A stretch of 64,000 nt of DNA from assembly GCA_951406725.2 (NCBI GenBank), contig OX597815.1, forward strand, positions 118,854,001 through 118,918,000, read 5' to 3'. A program made the position numbers and the translations under genes. The DNA comes from Octopus vulgaris (Eukaryota). Shown here in pieces: positions 26,816 to 40,187 of the stretch; position 1 is the first letter of the stretch; the number at the start of each line of letters is the position of its first letter. The notes below the pieces were generated by a model that did no database searches, was not told the DNA's origin, and was given only the letters and a program-made list of their open reading frames with translations.

Positions 26816-27146
26816 ATTTGTTTATTTTATCCAGAATTCATAAGACAAATAAGAAAATGGAGAAGATAATTAATCGACAAACATCAGCCTGTAAACATTC
26901 ATTTAGATCTATTTATTAATTAATTACAATACGTAGGTATACATGAAGTAGTATATTGGATATTTATTATCCTTTAGATGGTTGTTTAACCTCTAACTCA
27001 TAATACAGACAGACACACACACACACACACACGCATATATAGATGCATACATACATACGTATATATATATATATATGTATACATATATTTATATTTTGAT
27101 TACTTATACATATGATATATATATGTGTGTGTGTGTTTGTGTGTGT

Positions 27147-27178
<32 letters not shown>

Positions 27179-27427
27179 AATGTTTCCTCTCTATATAAAG
27201 TCCTCTGCGTAATCAAATGGCTCTCTCTTAAGTTGTTTTAATCACATGTCTTTTAGGAATTATCTCCGAATAAAAAAGAAAGGCGTGCCCAAGGAAAAGA
27301 AGCCACTAAGCATTTTAATGAATCAACTGAGTCATATGCAGGATAAAACAAAAGGAAACCAGAAAAGTAAATGTTAACCGCCTTCATCAAAAAAATAATG
27401 CGCCTGTTTCTGAAAGGAAAAAAAAAT

Positions 27428-27493
<66 letters not shown>

Positions 27494-29489
27494 CGTCATA
27501 AGCATTTGTTCTAGAATGGGATGTATTGTGCTAGGTTGACTTCTCCTCGACATATTACTTGCAGACGAAGACAGAGTAAACATATATGATTTTATAAACA
27601 TGCCCTTAAAATATCCGGGAGATATTTTCCAGAATATGTCACTGATAATGCATCGTCAGCATTAATAATTTCTACAGTCTATAGTCTACTCTGCTCTCTC
27701 TCTCTCTCCCTCTCTGTCTGTCTCTGTCTCTGTCTCTCTCTCCTTCTCTCTCACTCATTCGCTTGCTCTCTCTACCCATCAGTTGTTTCTTATATTTAAA
27801 CATCAGTAAGAACTACTTCCAGCCAGTCTTTCTCCTCTTCTCCAATTTCCACTAACCTCCAAACAATCAAGCGTTCTTTCATTATTTCATGTTCCGTATT
27901 TAGAACAGCCAACATTATTTCCATTCCTATGATGTCGTTTGTCGCTATCTTAAACAATCACTACGTATCATGGCTCGAGTCAAGGAAAGAGCCATTTCGT
28001 GGTATTTCGATAGCCTAGAAATAGCAGCCAAATCTCCTTCGACTTATGATTTGCAGTCTTTAAAAAAAGTGGAAATGGAAAGACATGTTGAATGTAGTCC
28101 TTGATGAACTCTGCGTGAAAAGCCTGGATGATCACGACATAGATATATATGCTCAACGAATGATGATCTGCAACTAAATCACCACCACTGCTGTCGCCGC
28201 CACAACAACAACAACAACAACGTAATTATGGCTTTTCTCATTGCATATTTGTCAACCCATCTAGTGGATTATGAATAAATAATAGGGATCATATATGGAA
28301 TCCACATGTATTTGAACTCGTTATGAAATTTACGTCCATGAGGGATCTTTCGCCACCTTCTCAGTGAATCTTGATTTTTTTTTAAACTAAGAGCGAAACC
28401 GATCGGTTCGTTTTTCATTCCAGGTGGCAGAAAAACCCTTGGCTCCTGTGGAACTAATTTCACAGTGAGACTAAGTACGCATGTAATGTCTCCATGTAGC
28501 TATATATTCATTTGAAGTGGAGTGATATCTATGTCATTTTATACCTCTTACGCTGACTCATCACAAATACTTTAGATTCATTTCTGATATCTTTCTTATC
28601 TTCAAATCCGGTTTTCAAACAGGTATTACAGCTTTGACACTCATACATTCACATCTCCAAGTTTTCAAATAACACTCAGTTAAATGCATTTTGCTTTTCT
28701 TCCACCAATCAAGTAGACTAACTGCTTGAAGTTCCGTGACGGAAATGTATATTTCCTATTAGGACATATTTAAGAAACCCTTCTCTTCTTCCAACAATCA
28801 TAATTCGCATTATAAGACTACACAAGTTATTTACAAGAGACCATACTAAAATTGTACCACAGGTGTTCTCACTACAAGGTAGGGCAACACTAGGGGTAAG
28901 CAAGAGAACCCTACAGGGGTTCGCGAGGTCTGTAAAGAAAAAGGTAGTAAAAATGGCTTCCACTGTTATCTGTTTTTTGTACTCCAACTATCGCGCAATA
29001 TGGGACATAACTGGGGTACACTGGTAGAAAAAACTCGAGAATCTCTGTGGTATAGGAAATATATACATAAAATACACACACACACCACCACCACCACCAC
29101 CCTAGTGACACCAAGCTCCTTACCAAACACGCACACATGTATGTGTGGTAAGGAGCTTGCTTCCCAACTACATGGTTCCGGGTTCAGTCCTACTGCGTGG
29201 TACCTTGGGCAAGTGTCTTCTACTCTAGCCTGAGGCCGACCAAAGACTTGTGAGTGGATTTGGTAGATGGAAAACTGAAAGAATCCCGTTGTATGTGTGT
29301 GTGCGTGAGTGTAATTGTGTGCCTGTGTTTGTCCCCCCATCATGCTTGACAACCGATGTTGGTGTGTTTATGCCCCTGAAACCTAGCGATTCGGCAGAAG
29401 AGACTGATAGAATAAGTACTGGGGTCGATTTGTTCGACTAAAGATGGTACTCCAGCATGGCCGCAGTCACATGACTGAAACAACTGAGA

Positions 29490-29571
<82 letters not shown>

Positions 29572-29706
29572 TAGAGAAGAACCACCATGTAGCAATTCAA
29601 CAATGATATACTTAAATCATAGCATATAGAAAAAAATAAAGATGCGATAAAATATTTACCTAGAACTAAATAAAATACGAAATAATAAATAAATAGTATA
29701 CAATTA

Positions 29707-29754
<48 letters not shown>

Positions 29755-30046
29755 TACAGCTTTTTAATATTCTCCCAAAGAGTCTGAGGAACTTGCACAA
29801 AGTAGATGTAGCTGTTTTTAAATCAAAGCTGGACATCTTCCTGTCAAGAGTCCCAGATGAACCTACCTCACGGCAAGAGGTGCAAATGAGAGTAGCTGTA
29901 TCAAACTCCATTCTTCACCAAGTGCCACATATTAGACGAGGTTCGTCGTAATAACAGTGTAGCACAAAACAGCGGTGCATCAGCATGGCCGCAGCTCTGA
30001 GCTGAAACTAGAAAAAAAAAAAATATATATATATATACACACACAA

Positions 30047-30141
<95 letters not shown>

Positions 30142-30298
30142 AGTAATGGATGTGTGGTAAGTAGCTTGCTTCCCAGCCACATGGTTCTGGGTTCAGTCCC
30201 ACTGAGTGACACCTTGGGCAAGTGTCTTCTATTTTAGCTTGGGGCCGACCAAAGCCTTGTGAGTGGATTTGGTAGACAGAAACTGAAAGAAGCCCGTC

Positions 30299-30398
<100 letters not shown>

Positions 30399-30613
30399 AT
30401 GTGTGTGTGTGTATGCCTGTGGCTCTGTGTTTGTCCTCCCACCATCGCTTGACAACTGATGCTGATGTGTGTACGTCCCCGTAACTTAGCTACTCGGCAA
30501 AAGAGGCCGATAGAATGAGTACTAGGCTTACAAAGAATAAGTCCTGGTGTCGATTTGTCCGACTAAAGGCGGTGCTCCGGCATGGCCGCAGTCAAATGAC
30601 TGAAACAAATAAA

Positions 30614-30649
<36 letters not shown>

Positions 30650-30652
<3 letters not shown>

Positions 30653-32277
30653 CTGTAAAAAACAAGTCCGAAAGAAGAACACACTCTAAGATGTAGAGCA
30701 GTATATATTATATTAAAAATGGGATTACTTTAGGTTTCCCGTCCATAATGGGTTTAGCTTTATGGCGTGTCTTCAGATCCTAAAACCTGTTGACACAAGA
30801 CCTCTTAAAAATATGGAGGAGGAAATGTCTCACTACTCAAAGGTAATAATTGGGGATTATCTCCGTTTGCTATTGGCTATCGACTTCGGGCTGTGTTGCT
30901 ATCGTGTGGGCTCCAAAAGGCTAGAAGGAACCTCCTGCAATGTAAACATGGTCCGAAAATTTCCGTTCAAGAGTTAAGTACATTCCTGGTTCAAGTGAGT
31001 CCTTTAGGATTCTCGCACGTTCAGCTATTCATAACTTGCAATGCTTCGTCCCATTGATGTAGAGGCCTGAGTTCTCGAGGATTTTCCATGAGATCGAGTA
31101 TGGAATCCCATTGTCTCTTAGTTGCCAGACGTGGCTGGCCAATGATGTTACATATCTCCTTTCCAGAACTCTGAAGGAGGACCTGTGGTTGGAGAAACGT
31201 TGCTTGAAAGGGTTCCCGGAATATTCGATGTATCTCCGTAGGCGTGTGTTGTCGGCGCTGTCTCTGTATCTGCTGGTGTTGTCGTTGTTTCTGCTGCCGT
31301 CATCGATGTTTCTTGGGCTAGGACTGTTGGTGCTGATGTCGCTGGAGGTGGTGGTGGTGGTGGCGGCGTCGGTAATGGTATCACCACTGCAGGTTATGGT
31401 GAAGGTGGTGTTATTGTTATTGTGGTCCTCGCTATTGGTGCGAGAGTCACTATTATTGCTAGAGGTATCATTACCTGTGGTTCCATTGGTGTTTCTACTA
31501 GGGCCACTGTCACTGCTGCGGCTGTTGCCGTTATTGCTGACGGTGGTACTGGACCTGTTACTGCTGCTATAGGTGTTGTCAGGTCTGCTACTGCGGACGT
31601 TAGGGAAGTTGTCAGTAATGCTGCTGCTGATGGCGATGTTGCTGTTGTTGTTACTGCTGTCGATGCCGTCGGGGGAGCTGCTAATGCTGTCGCTGGTGCT
31701 GTTATTGTTATTATTGCTAATGTTAACTGTGGTGATGGTGGCGACGTTGCTGGTTCTGTTCTCGTACCTACGGCTGCTACTGCTTCTACCGGTGGTATTG
31801 CCAGGGTATGCTAGTACTTCGGCTTCATAGACGATCTTTTTTTGTTTCGCAGTGGCTTCTCACCGGGCATCTATTGCACCTTCACTATAACCGACAGTCG
31901 CGATGTCATTACCGAGGCTACCACCATCACCACTACCACCACCGCCCCTAGTGGCACCAACACCAACAGTCCCAGCCCCCAACAACATCGATGTCGGCGG
32001 CAGTAACAGCAACAACACCAGCAAATACAGAGACAGCGCCGACAACACACGCCTACGGAGATGCATCGAATATTCCGGAAACTCAAGCAACGTCTCTCCA
32101 ACCAAATGTCCTCCTTCAGAGTTCCGGAAAGGAGATACGTAACATTACTGGCCAGCCACGTCTGGAAACTAAGAGATAATAGGATTCCATACTCAATCTC
32201 ATTGAAAATCTTCGAGAACCCAGGCCTCTACATCAGCGGGACGAAGCGTTGCAAATGTTATGCATAGATGAATGCGC
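30650..32277 (-). mobile_element. Penelope-like (Neptune-type) element with split GIY-YIG domain and 5' inverted segment
   Basis: Minus frame 31859-31032: KIVYEAEV-[S/N/T-rich]-RYIEYSGNPFKQRFSNHRSSFR...SLASHVWQLRDN.IPYSISWKI...TKHCKL*, then LNS*TEIFGPCLH after a frameshift. 31877-32277(+) is an inverted copy of 31014-31407. Hammerhead at 30722-30780; (TA)n on both flanks. Confidence 0.85.
30722..30780 (-). ncRNA. Hammerhead ribozyme motif (PLE 3' repeat)
   Basis: GGAU-CUGAAGA-C..CCAUAA...UUAUGG..G-GAAAC-CUAAA-GUA-AUCC. Confidence 0.65.
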
Positions 32278-32327
32278 TTTATGGACAGGAAATCTAAGGT
32301 AATCCCAGAAACCGGCCTTCCCCATTG

Positions 32328-32364
<37 letters not shown>

Positions 32365-32976
32365 GGAATACAAAAAAGGAACAAGAAAAAAAAACACGGA
32401 CGGGTCATTCGAAGTTTTCTTTCCTCAATCGAGTTCCAGATTTTCTTTGCAATTTCGGCTGGTTAAAACTAATCTAAGGGCAATATATTCCTCGGAAGAA
32501 ATCAGCGAATGTATACGAAAACAAGGACGGAAAAATAAACGGAGAAATGGTACACAAATACAAATGCAAATAACAGGACATAACAACAGGTGTCTTTTGA
32601 CTAAGAACAAATTAAATTAAGCTGGCGTGTGTGGAAGTGATGCCTTACGACAGGGACATAAGAGATGACACGCATGGTGAGGAATATAGATGTTGCACGG
32701 ATGATAGTCGAACCAAAAAAGAAAGGTCAGGCTTGGTCGAACACCGGTCACGTGGTGAGAGAGGAGAGTGGTAGAGGTAGAGGGACAAAAGAATTAGGGA
32801 GGGACGAGAAAAAAAGAAAAAGTGACGGAGTGAAGTGAAAGAGGAAGGAAGGTGAGAATAAAGAGAAAGCCAGGAAATGTGAGAGGGGGAAAGAAAGAAA
32901 GAAGAGTGGAAAGAACGAAGTAAGTGTGAAAGGACTGATAGAAAGAAAGAATGAAAGAAAAAGAGAGTCGTACAAA

Positions 32977-33031
<55 letters not shown>

Positions 33032-33147
33032 CCTGCTCGCTTAGCCAACGGGGTGGCGTCATTTGAAGGCTAAAAAACAATGCGAAGCGCATTGTGACCA
33101 GCGATGTGTAGCAACATCTGATAGCCTGGTCGGTCACAGCGATCACG

Positions 33148-33195
<48 letters not shown>

Positions 33196-33209
33196 GTACT
33201 TACATATAA

Positions 33210-34212
33210 GGGATATTTACGTTTTGACCGGCAGTTTTAGAAAATAATTTTTTGTAACTAATCACTTTCAAACTTCGTATACTGGTAGAATGTATCATAT
33301 AAAACATCTTTTACTCTTAGCGTTGTTGAGAAAAGTTTATATTGACGAAGTTATTTCATGTTAAAGTTGTCGTATTCGTTAATTTCAACCAATCAATGAC
33401 GTGTATTCAGCTGAATAAAATTACTGCTGTTGTTTGTCAACAAGAACTTCCGGCGGTGTATATTTCGTTTGTCACTGTTATTTATGATATATTTCATCTC
33501 AGTTACATTTGTATGAATAAACGAGTGTATCTGAAGCGTGTTTACTTCATGGCACCACCATAATCGTTTGTGCATTTCTACTGTTTTTCAGCTACTATTT
33601 TCGGAAAGACTTTTTTGCCCCCTACCCTTACACCTCCAATTTCTTCATTTTTTCCCGCAACTCTAACCCTAAAACCCCAACCCTAACCCTAAAACTCCAA
33701 CCCTAACCCTAACCCTAAAACTCAAGCCCTAACCCTTAAACTCTAACCCTAACTCTAAAACCCCAATCCTAAACCCTAACCCTAACCCTAAAACCCTAAC
33801 CTAACCCTAAACCCTAAAATCCTAGCCCTAACCATAAAATCCTAACCCTAGCCCTAAAACCCTGACCCCAACCCTAATCCTAAAACCCTAACCCTAAAAC
33901 CTTAAAGCTAAAACCAGTACAAACGCACGAACGATGTCATAAATAACAGTGACAAACGAAAAATACACCGCCGATAGTTGTTGACAAACAACGGCAGTAA
34001 TTTTATTCAACTGAATACACGTCATTGATTGGTTGAAATTATTGAAATACGAGAACTTTAACACGAAATAAATTCGTCAATATAAACTTTTCTCAAAAAC
34101 GCTAAGAGTAAAAGATGTTTTATATGACACATTCTACCAGTATACGAAATTTGAAAGTGTTTAGTTACAAAAAATTATTTTCTAAAACTGCCGGTCAAAA
34201 CGTAAAGATCCC
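33210..34212. mobile_element. Full-length fold-back transposon with about 255 bp telomeric core
   Basis: About 280-bp highly similar arms (33210-33488, 33936-34212); (CCCTAA/CCCTAAAA)n at about 33659-33916. Confidence 0.9.
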
Positions 34213-34589
34213 TTATATGTAAACAAGGGCTGAAAGAATGTAAATCAGCATAAATGAAGGGTTAAAATGAAGTACAAACCAAGTACTGGAGTCAATGATA
34301 TCGAATAATAAATCCCTTCAAAATTTACTGACCTTGTTACTAAACCAGAAACAATACCCTGAGATTTAATCAATCGACAAAATTCATTCTCAATATCGGT
34401 TCGATCCTAATCAAAATGTATCGATATTGTTTGGTTGAGTACATTTTATATCCTCAATCTTTTCTTTGTATTTGCTGAAAGCAGCAGCACCAATGGAATT
34501 TCGTAGGTCCTCTAGGACTGGAGAGATTGATGCCTTTAAAGTCCCTCTTAAATCTTTGTAAAGAAACAGTTCAATAAAAAGGACTGAAT

Positions 34590-35060
34590 GTAAAATGTTT
34601 AGCGCTGGGTCTAAGTGTGGCAGACCCAACAAGAGTAAAGAAAGGAGGGAAAACGAGTGAGTGGAGAATGCTTGAATGGGTGTGATGATCTCAGCCACTT
34701 TCGAAGGACAAAGGTCATTGATTGTAGCAATAGAAAAGCAATGTGTGGATAGAGTGCACATGTTGACTAGAGACTGGGGTGTGTCGGTGACTTAATACAA
34801 ATATGTTGAGTGGCTTTTTCTGGAGGCAAACAAGGGTGTCTATGAGTGCAGCTGTAGCACTATCCCAGATGTGGGAGCAATGCTCTATTGAGAGCCTCGC
34901 CTGAGTTTCGTTGAGAATCAATGATTGCTGGGAGCTGAAGTAAACTCTGGTCTTAGAGAAAAAGACCAGTTGTAGAGATGCCGTGAAGAAATTATTAAAA
35001 GATAGGTGTCTTATGTAGTCATGCAACAAAGGAAGAGAAGTGTAAGTGAGCATTTCAGGC
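34590..35060 (-). mobile_element. LINE ORF2 C-terminal remnant (CR1-Zenon/Jockey-like)
   Basis: QARLSIEHCSHIWDSA...LVCLQKK resembles the RP.LEYCS.IW motif; a related 3' remnant lies at about 50040-50280(-). Confidence 0.55.
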
Positions 35061-37057
35061 TCTCGCAGACAGATGAAATTAATGATAGTAATGTTCAGTT
35101 GAACAATCTGTTGGACATCAGCTGAAAAAGTTGGTGAAGAAGAAATTCACGAGAAAAGCTATTCTAGGAATAAACATTAAAAGTGTTTAAAATGGGATTT
35201 ACATGCGAGGCGAGACTCAGTAGAACTGACGAGAGGAAAACAGACGAATACATAGGTAGGTTTGTGTGGAGTGAGAATTCGTATAACTGGTTCTACGGCT
35301 GTTGTAGTAGTAGAGACAGCGAGAAGATACATCACATCTCTGAATTAGTGGCTGTAGCATGTTGGTGTGTGAATTAGACGAATTACTTTTGGATGCAGTC
35401 CAGGATATTTGCTTGTGTAACAGCAACACCGGGGCCTGTTACTGAAAGGTTCAGGCGATAAGGCCAAGATTAGAGCATGTTATTATTTTCACCCTCCCTC
35501 CAAACCAACCACAGTCTTGAATTTTGAGTAAAATTCCTCCCATGAGCCATAAGTAAATTTCTTTTTGGAGGCTCTGAGCAACACCATTCCCGATGTGAGT
35601 TCTTCAGCTTCGTAGAGAGTAAGGATTGAGCTCAGCAACCAATAAGGGCTGAAATATTAGTTAACATTGACAGAATGTATGAGGAACATTTTTGAATGAT
35701 TGTCACTGATTATGATATCTAACGATTGTAGCGAATTTTAAAGCTTGAAATATGTTGCTTATGAATGCGTTGGGGGTGATTGGTAATGAACAATCGACAT
35801 ATGTAAATGGTGATTCATTTCCTCCAGGTATTGTAGGCGATATCTTTCACTCACTACCTGAAGGTGTTCTGGGTTTTCATTGTGATGGCGAGGTTGAAAG
35901 GACGCACCTAGAATTACAAGTACCTCGTTATTGTTTATCGTATTTTGTATACAGCCCATTGTTGCTATGATATTTAGAAATCTTTTGAACTTTAACGAAG
36001 TTCTCCAAAACAATCGTGTTAGTGACTAAGCCACATTGCCCTCTTTAGATGAATATTACTTCTTAGATTTACAAAACTGCTTGCAGATTGTTTAACAAGT
36101 AATTTGTTTATCCTGTCACGTACACTGCTTTGATACTAAGTGGAACAAACAATCCATTTAGAATGTCAAAATATTGGACAGTCTTTGCGTTATTTATTTT
36201 AGATATTCTCAACAGCATCATTCAACATTCAGCAAATCCGTGCGAACTTGCTCAGAATCTATAAGGTCATGTCATGCTGTCAGAAAACCATGGTGACAGG
36301 TCATGTTTTTGAATCAAGCAACAATATACAGAATTTGTTTTCTTGTCTCGTAGGAAATCAATGGTTGTTATGAAGAAAAAAATGTCACCCCAGTGTTCAC
36401 TGTTTATGAAACCCAGTTAGAAAACTTAACAAGCTCTTTGCATAACTGGTGAGAGTTAGATAACAAAATGTCTAAACACCTCGACAGACAGATAAATCGA
36501 CACAATAGTTAAGTTGTCATATAGCTAGCATTGTAAACAGTAGGTTTTTAGGAAGACATGTAGGTATGTTGCTTGTTCGGTAGGTTTGTTGCTAGGTAAG
36601 TAGGTATGTTGCTTGCTAGGTAGGATTTATGTGGAAGGAGATAAAATGTACTTCATAAATCCTACAAACCAGGAATGAATTATTTTAGGATTTGGAAAAT
36701 TTGGCAGCTATTTCTAGCAAGTGAAACGAGTGTGATTGAAGTAATTTCTTCGACTTGTTACTCAAACAATAATCAAATTCACTTCCCATAAGTTTGTAAA
36801 TTAACTTCGGGAGGCTAATTTTTAATATCTAGAAATTATCTCCCTACCTTCTTTTCCCCCGTGAAATTTCAGTTACCTTTTTTTTGTTTCAGTTATTGGA
36901 TTGCGGCCATGCTGGGGTACCACTTTGAATGGTTATAGTCAAATCGACTCTAGTACATATTAAAAAAAAAAAAAACATCAAATAACACGACAATATTCGT
37001 AATGGACACGGTTATAAGTTTTCATTAATTGTGTTTTGTAGTTATTCTTATATTCTG

Positions 37058-37395
37058 TGAAGGCGCATGGCTCAGGAGTTAGAGCGTTGAGCTTACGATC
37101 GTGAGGTTGTGAGCTCGAATCCCGGACAGGGCAGCGTGTTGTGTTCTTGATCAAGACACTTTATTTCACGTTGCTCCAGTTTACTCAGCTGTAGAAATGA
37201 GTTGCAACGTCACAGGTGCCCAGCTGTATTGGCCGTTGCCTTGCCCTTGGATAACACTGGTGATGTGGAGAGGGGAGGCCGGTATGCATGGGCGACTGCT
37301 GGTCTTCCATAAACAAACTTACCTGGACTTGTACCTGGGAGGGTAACTTTCTAGGTACAATCCCATGGTCTGTGTCGTGACCGAAGGGGGTTTCA
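37058..37395 (+). mobile_element. tRNA-derived SINE (head type B, tail 3)
   Basis: GGCGCATGGCTCAG..GTTAGAGCG...GAGCTCGAATCCCG A/B boxes followed by CTTGATCAAGACACTTTATTTCAC. Confidence 0.75.
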
Positions 37396-37454
37396 GAATT
37401 CTTATATTCTGTAGTTATTACACGGTTACTTCTGGCTGATGGTCGTTTTGTTCA

Positions 37455-37885
37455 TCACACCGAACTAAACCTGATCATTAAGAGGGCCCTGGCTCGGGTT
37501 AATATCCCTTCAGTTCTGGATCTGGTGGGATTATCCAGAAGTGATGGGAAGAGACCAATTGGTTTTAACCTATGTCACTGGGTAAGAGGTAGGTACCTCA
37601 TCTGAGATGTCACAGTCTGTGATTCCTATGCTCCTCCCACATCCTGGATGCCGCGGCAAATAGAAGGATCTCTGTTCCTGTTGCCGAACGAAACAGAATC
37701 CTTAAGTATCGGGACTTGGCAGTGAACCTCTTCTTCCAGTCTGTTGTGTTTGAGAGTTTGGAGGGGATGGGCCGCTAACAGGGAAGATTTTGTCATCGTT
37801 GGCGGGTCGTGAGGGTGCTTGGCTATTTCAATGCCTTAGCCTCGCCATCGCCCGTGGTAATGCCACGAGTGTATTGGCGTGTTTC
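37455..37885 (+). mobile_element. CRE-clade non-LTR retrotransposon endonuclease remnant
   Basis: HTELNLIIKRALARVNIPSVL..GLSRSDGKRP.G...W..G.YLI*DVTV.DS...AE...ILKYRDL matches the CRE DGKRPDG/WD.T signature. Confidence 0.7.
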
Positions 37886-38098
37886 AGTAGGTTCCGTTGA
37901 ACCTTGTGGTGTGCGACCAATCGAGGTACTTGGTGTGGTATTCATGTTTTTTTTCCTTTTTCTTTCTTCCTCTTCTTCCTTTTCTTTTTACTTTACTTTT
38001 TCTTTTTCTGTCTTCGCTCATGTTTGCTTTTTTTCAGTTTTGGATGTATATATATATGTATATGTATATATAGATGTGTATGTATTTATATATATATA

Positions 38099-38141
<43 letters not shown>

Positions 38142-38144
<3 letters not shown>

Positions 38145-39350
38145 TGTAAATATAATATGTGACAATTATTCGGTAGCTATGATAAAACTCCGAGTTTCGG
38201 ATGCCGAGGTGGAAATCCACGTCACCATCTCTTCAGTTATCCGGCCATCGGAAAAATGCTATGAAAAATGGCCGTTATACAAAGGGAAATTACTGTGTGA
38301 TTGACCGTTATTAAGACAAAAGAGCTATTTGAATGACCGCTAAATCAGGGAAGGGGGTAAAAGTAAGGGGGCAAAGAGTTCATAGTATTCGCGTAAGCGC
38401 GCATGTTCATACCTACACATGCGCGCCTGCACACCCATGTACGTGCGCCTAACAGCATACATTCATCTAAGGGAGTGTACAAAGAGTAAGCCCTGTCTAT
38501 ATACGCGCATACCCGTATGCACGTAAACACACACGCTTATATACGCACATACTCGCACACGTCTATATACGCACACACATACGCACGCACAAAAAAGATT
38601 ATACATACATCTATACACAAGAAAAAACAGGGCTAAAGGCAAAAATACAGGAAAATGTGTAAAAACACAGAGGAAAACACGTCTATATACGCACAGGTAA
38701 AAAAGCAGGCTGGAAGGTCGAATACAGAAAAATGTTGTGTAAAGAATATATAAGCAATAAACCTATAAACCTATAAATATGTAAGAAGTATATGTATAAA
38801 AATGTAAATAAAAATATATAAGAAATATAAGTAAAAAGTATAAAGAGATAAAAAGCTTGTGCGTGGACACAATATAGAAAGCAAGTGTAAGCCCTGCACC
38901 AACGGCAGTGGAAAGTGCGGTCTATGTGATATGGAAAGATGGTTCATCTGGAAAAGCAGCTTAGACCCTGCTACATGTCTGAATTCAAGAACTGAACTTT
39001 TCGGATCATGCCCATATGTGGTCAAATATTTGTTACGTTTTTGGTCCCCCCCCCCGAGACTACAGATAGAACTTGCTGCTTCAACTTCAACCGCTAGGGT
39101 ACCACAGACAGCTCAACAAGCACAACTCCGGCGTGCTCGCAATACTGCCTCTAATTCGATCGCCAGAACATCACAGACAGCTTAACAAGCAAAACTCGCA
39201 ATGGTGCTCGCAATGCTGCTTCTACTGCAATCGCCAGAGCATCACAGACAGAAGCATAGACGAGCGGAATTACACTATTTTAGTCTCTTGTCTTACAACG
39301 AACTTACACCGTCCAATGGACAGCGGGGCGTTTGCTAGTATAACATAGAA
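38142..39350. mobile_element. Penelope-like fragment: inverted terminal repeat with hammerhead, then GIY-YIG C-terminus
   Basis: Hammerhead 38181-38241(-); 38860-39050(+) reads KCGLCDMERWFI...LNSRTELFGSCPY..KYLLRFWSP. Confidence 0.7.
38181..38241 (-). ncRNA. Hammerhead ribozyme motif
   Basis: GAUAA-CUGAAGA-GAUG...CAUCC-GAAAC-UCGGA-GUU-UUAUC. Confidence 0.65.
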
Positions 39351-39454
39351 AGCAATCAAGTTTCATTGCACATCCTTATTTCGTCCCCCTGTACTCGGCA
39401 AATTAGGTACCAGTAATATACCTTATTCGACTCAATCAGTTGAGAACATAAAAC

Positions 39455-40187
39455 ACTGGAGCTCCGTCGGTTAAGACAGCAAAGGTTCCTAATGATCTAT
39501 CAACGGAGTAGCCTACTCGCGAAATTAACGTGCAAGTGGCTGAGCTAGTCACAGATACGTGCACCCTTAACATAGCTCTCAGAGAGATTCAGCGTGATAT
39601 GGGTGGTCCTTTGAATTATATGTACAGATCATTTTAGATAGTTGAGTAGACTGGAGAAACGCAAAATAAAGTGTCTTGCTCAAAGACACAACGCTGCCAG
39701 AAATTGAACTCACGTTGGCAGAAACGTTAGCACGCCGGGCGAAATGCTTAGCGGTATTTCGTCTGCCGCTACGTTCTGAGTTCAAATTCCGCCGAGGTCG
39801 ACTTTGCCTTTCATCCTTTCGGGGTCGATTAAATAAGTACCAGTTATACACTGGAGTCGATATAATCGACTTAATCCGTTTGTCTGTCCTTGTTCGTCCT
39901 CTCTGTGTTTAGCCCCTTATGGGTAGTAAAGAAATAGGTATTTCGTCTGCCGCTACGTTCTGAGTTCAAATTCCGCCCAGGTCGTCTTTGCCTTTCATCC
40001 TTTTGGGATTGATAAATTAAGTACCATTTACGCTCTGGGGTCGATGTAATCGACTTAATCTCTTTGTCTGTCCTTGTCTGCCCCCTCTATGTTTAGCCCC
40101 TTGTGGGCAATAAAGAAATAAGAAATTGAACTCACGACCTTACGAACGTGAGCCAAATACTCCTAAGCACCAACCCACGAGTCTTCA
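39455..40187 (-). mobile_element. SINE (head B, tail 2) interrupted by a dimeric family-2 SINE
   Basis: Insert 39715-40120 is flanked by the 16-bp TSD AGAAATTGAACTCACG (39699-39714, 40121-40136). Confidence 0.8.

Noticed and set aside
31111-31830. Leu/Val-rich plus-strand ORFs resembling membrane proteins
   Set aside because: Antisense shadows of the S/N/T-rich GIY-YIG frame on the minus strand.
35580-35990. Possible PLE RT-thumb remnant (minus strand, NHPQRIH)
   Set aside because: Too degraded to assign by eye.
37058-37135. tRNA genes (also 53225 and other SINE heads)
   Set aside because: A/B boxes are present but continue into SINE bodies; no complete cloverleaf verified.
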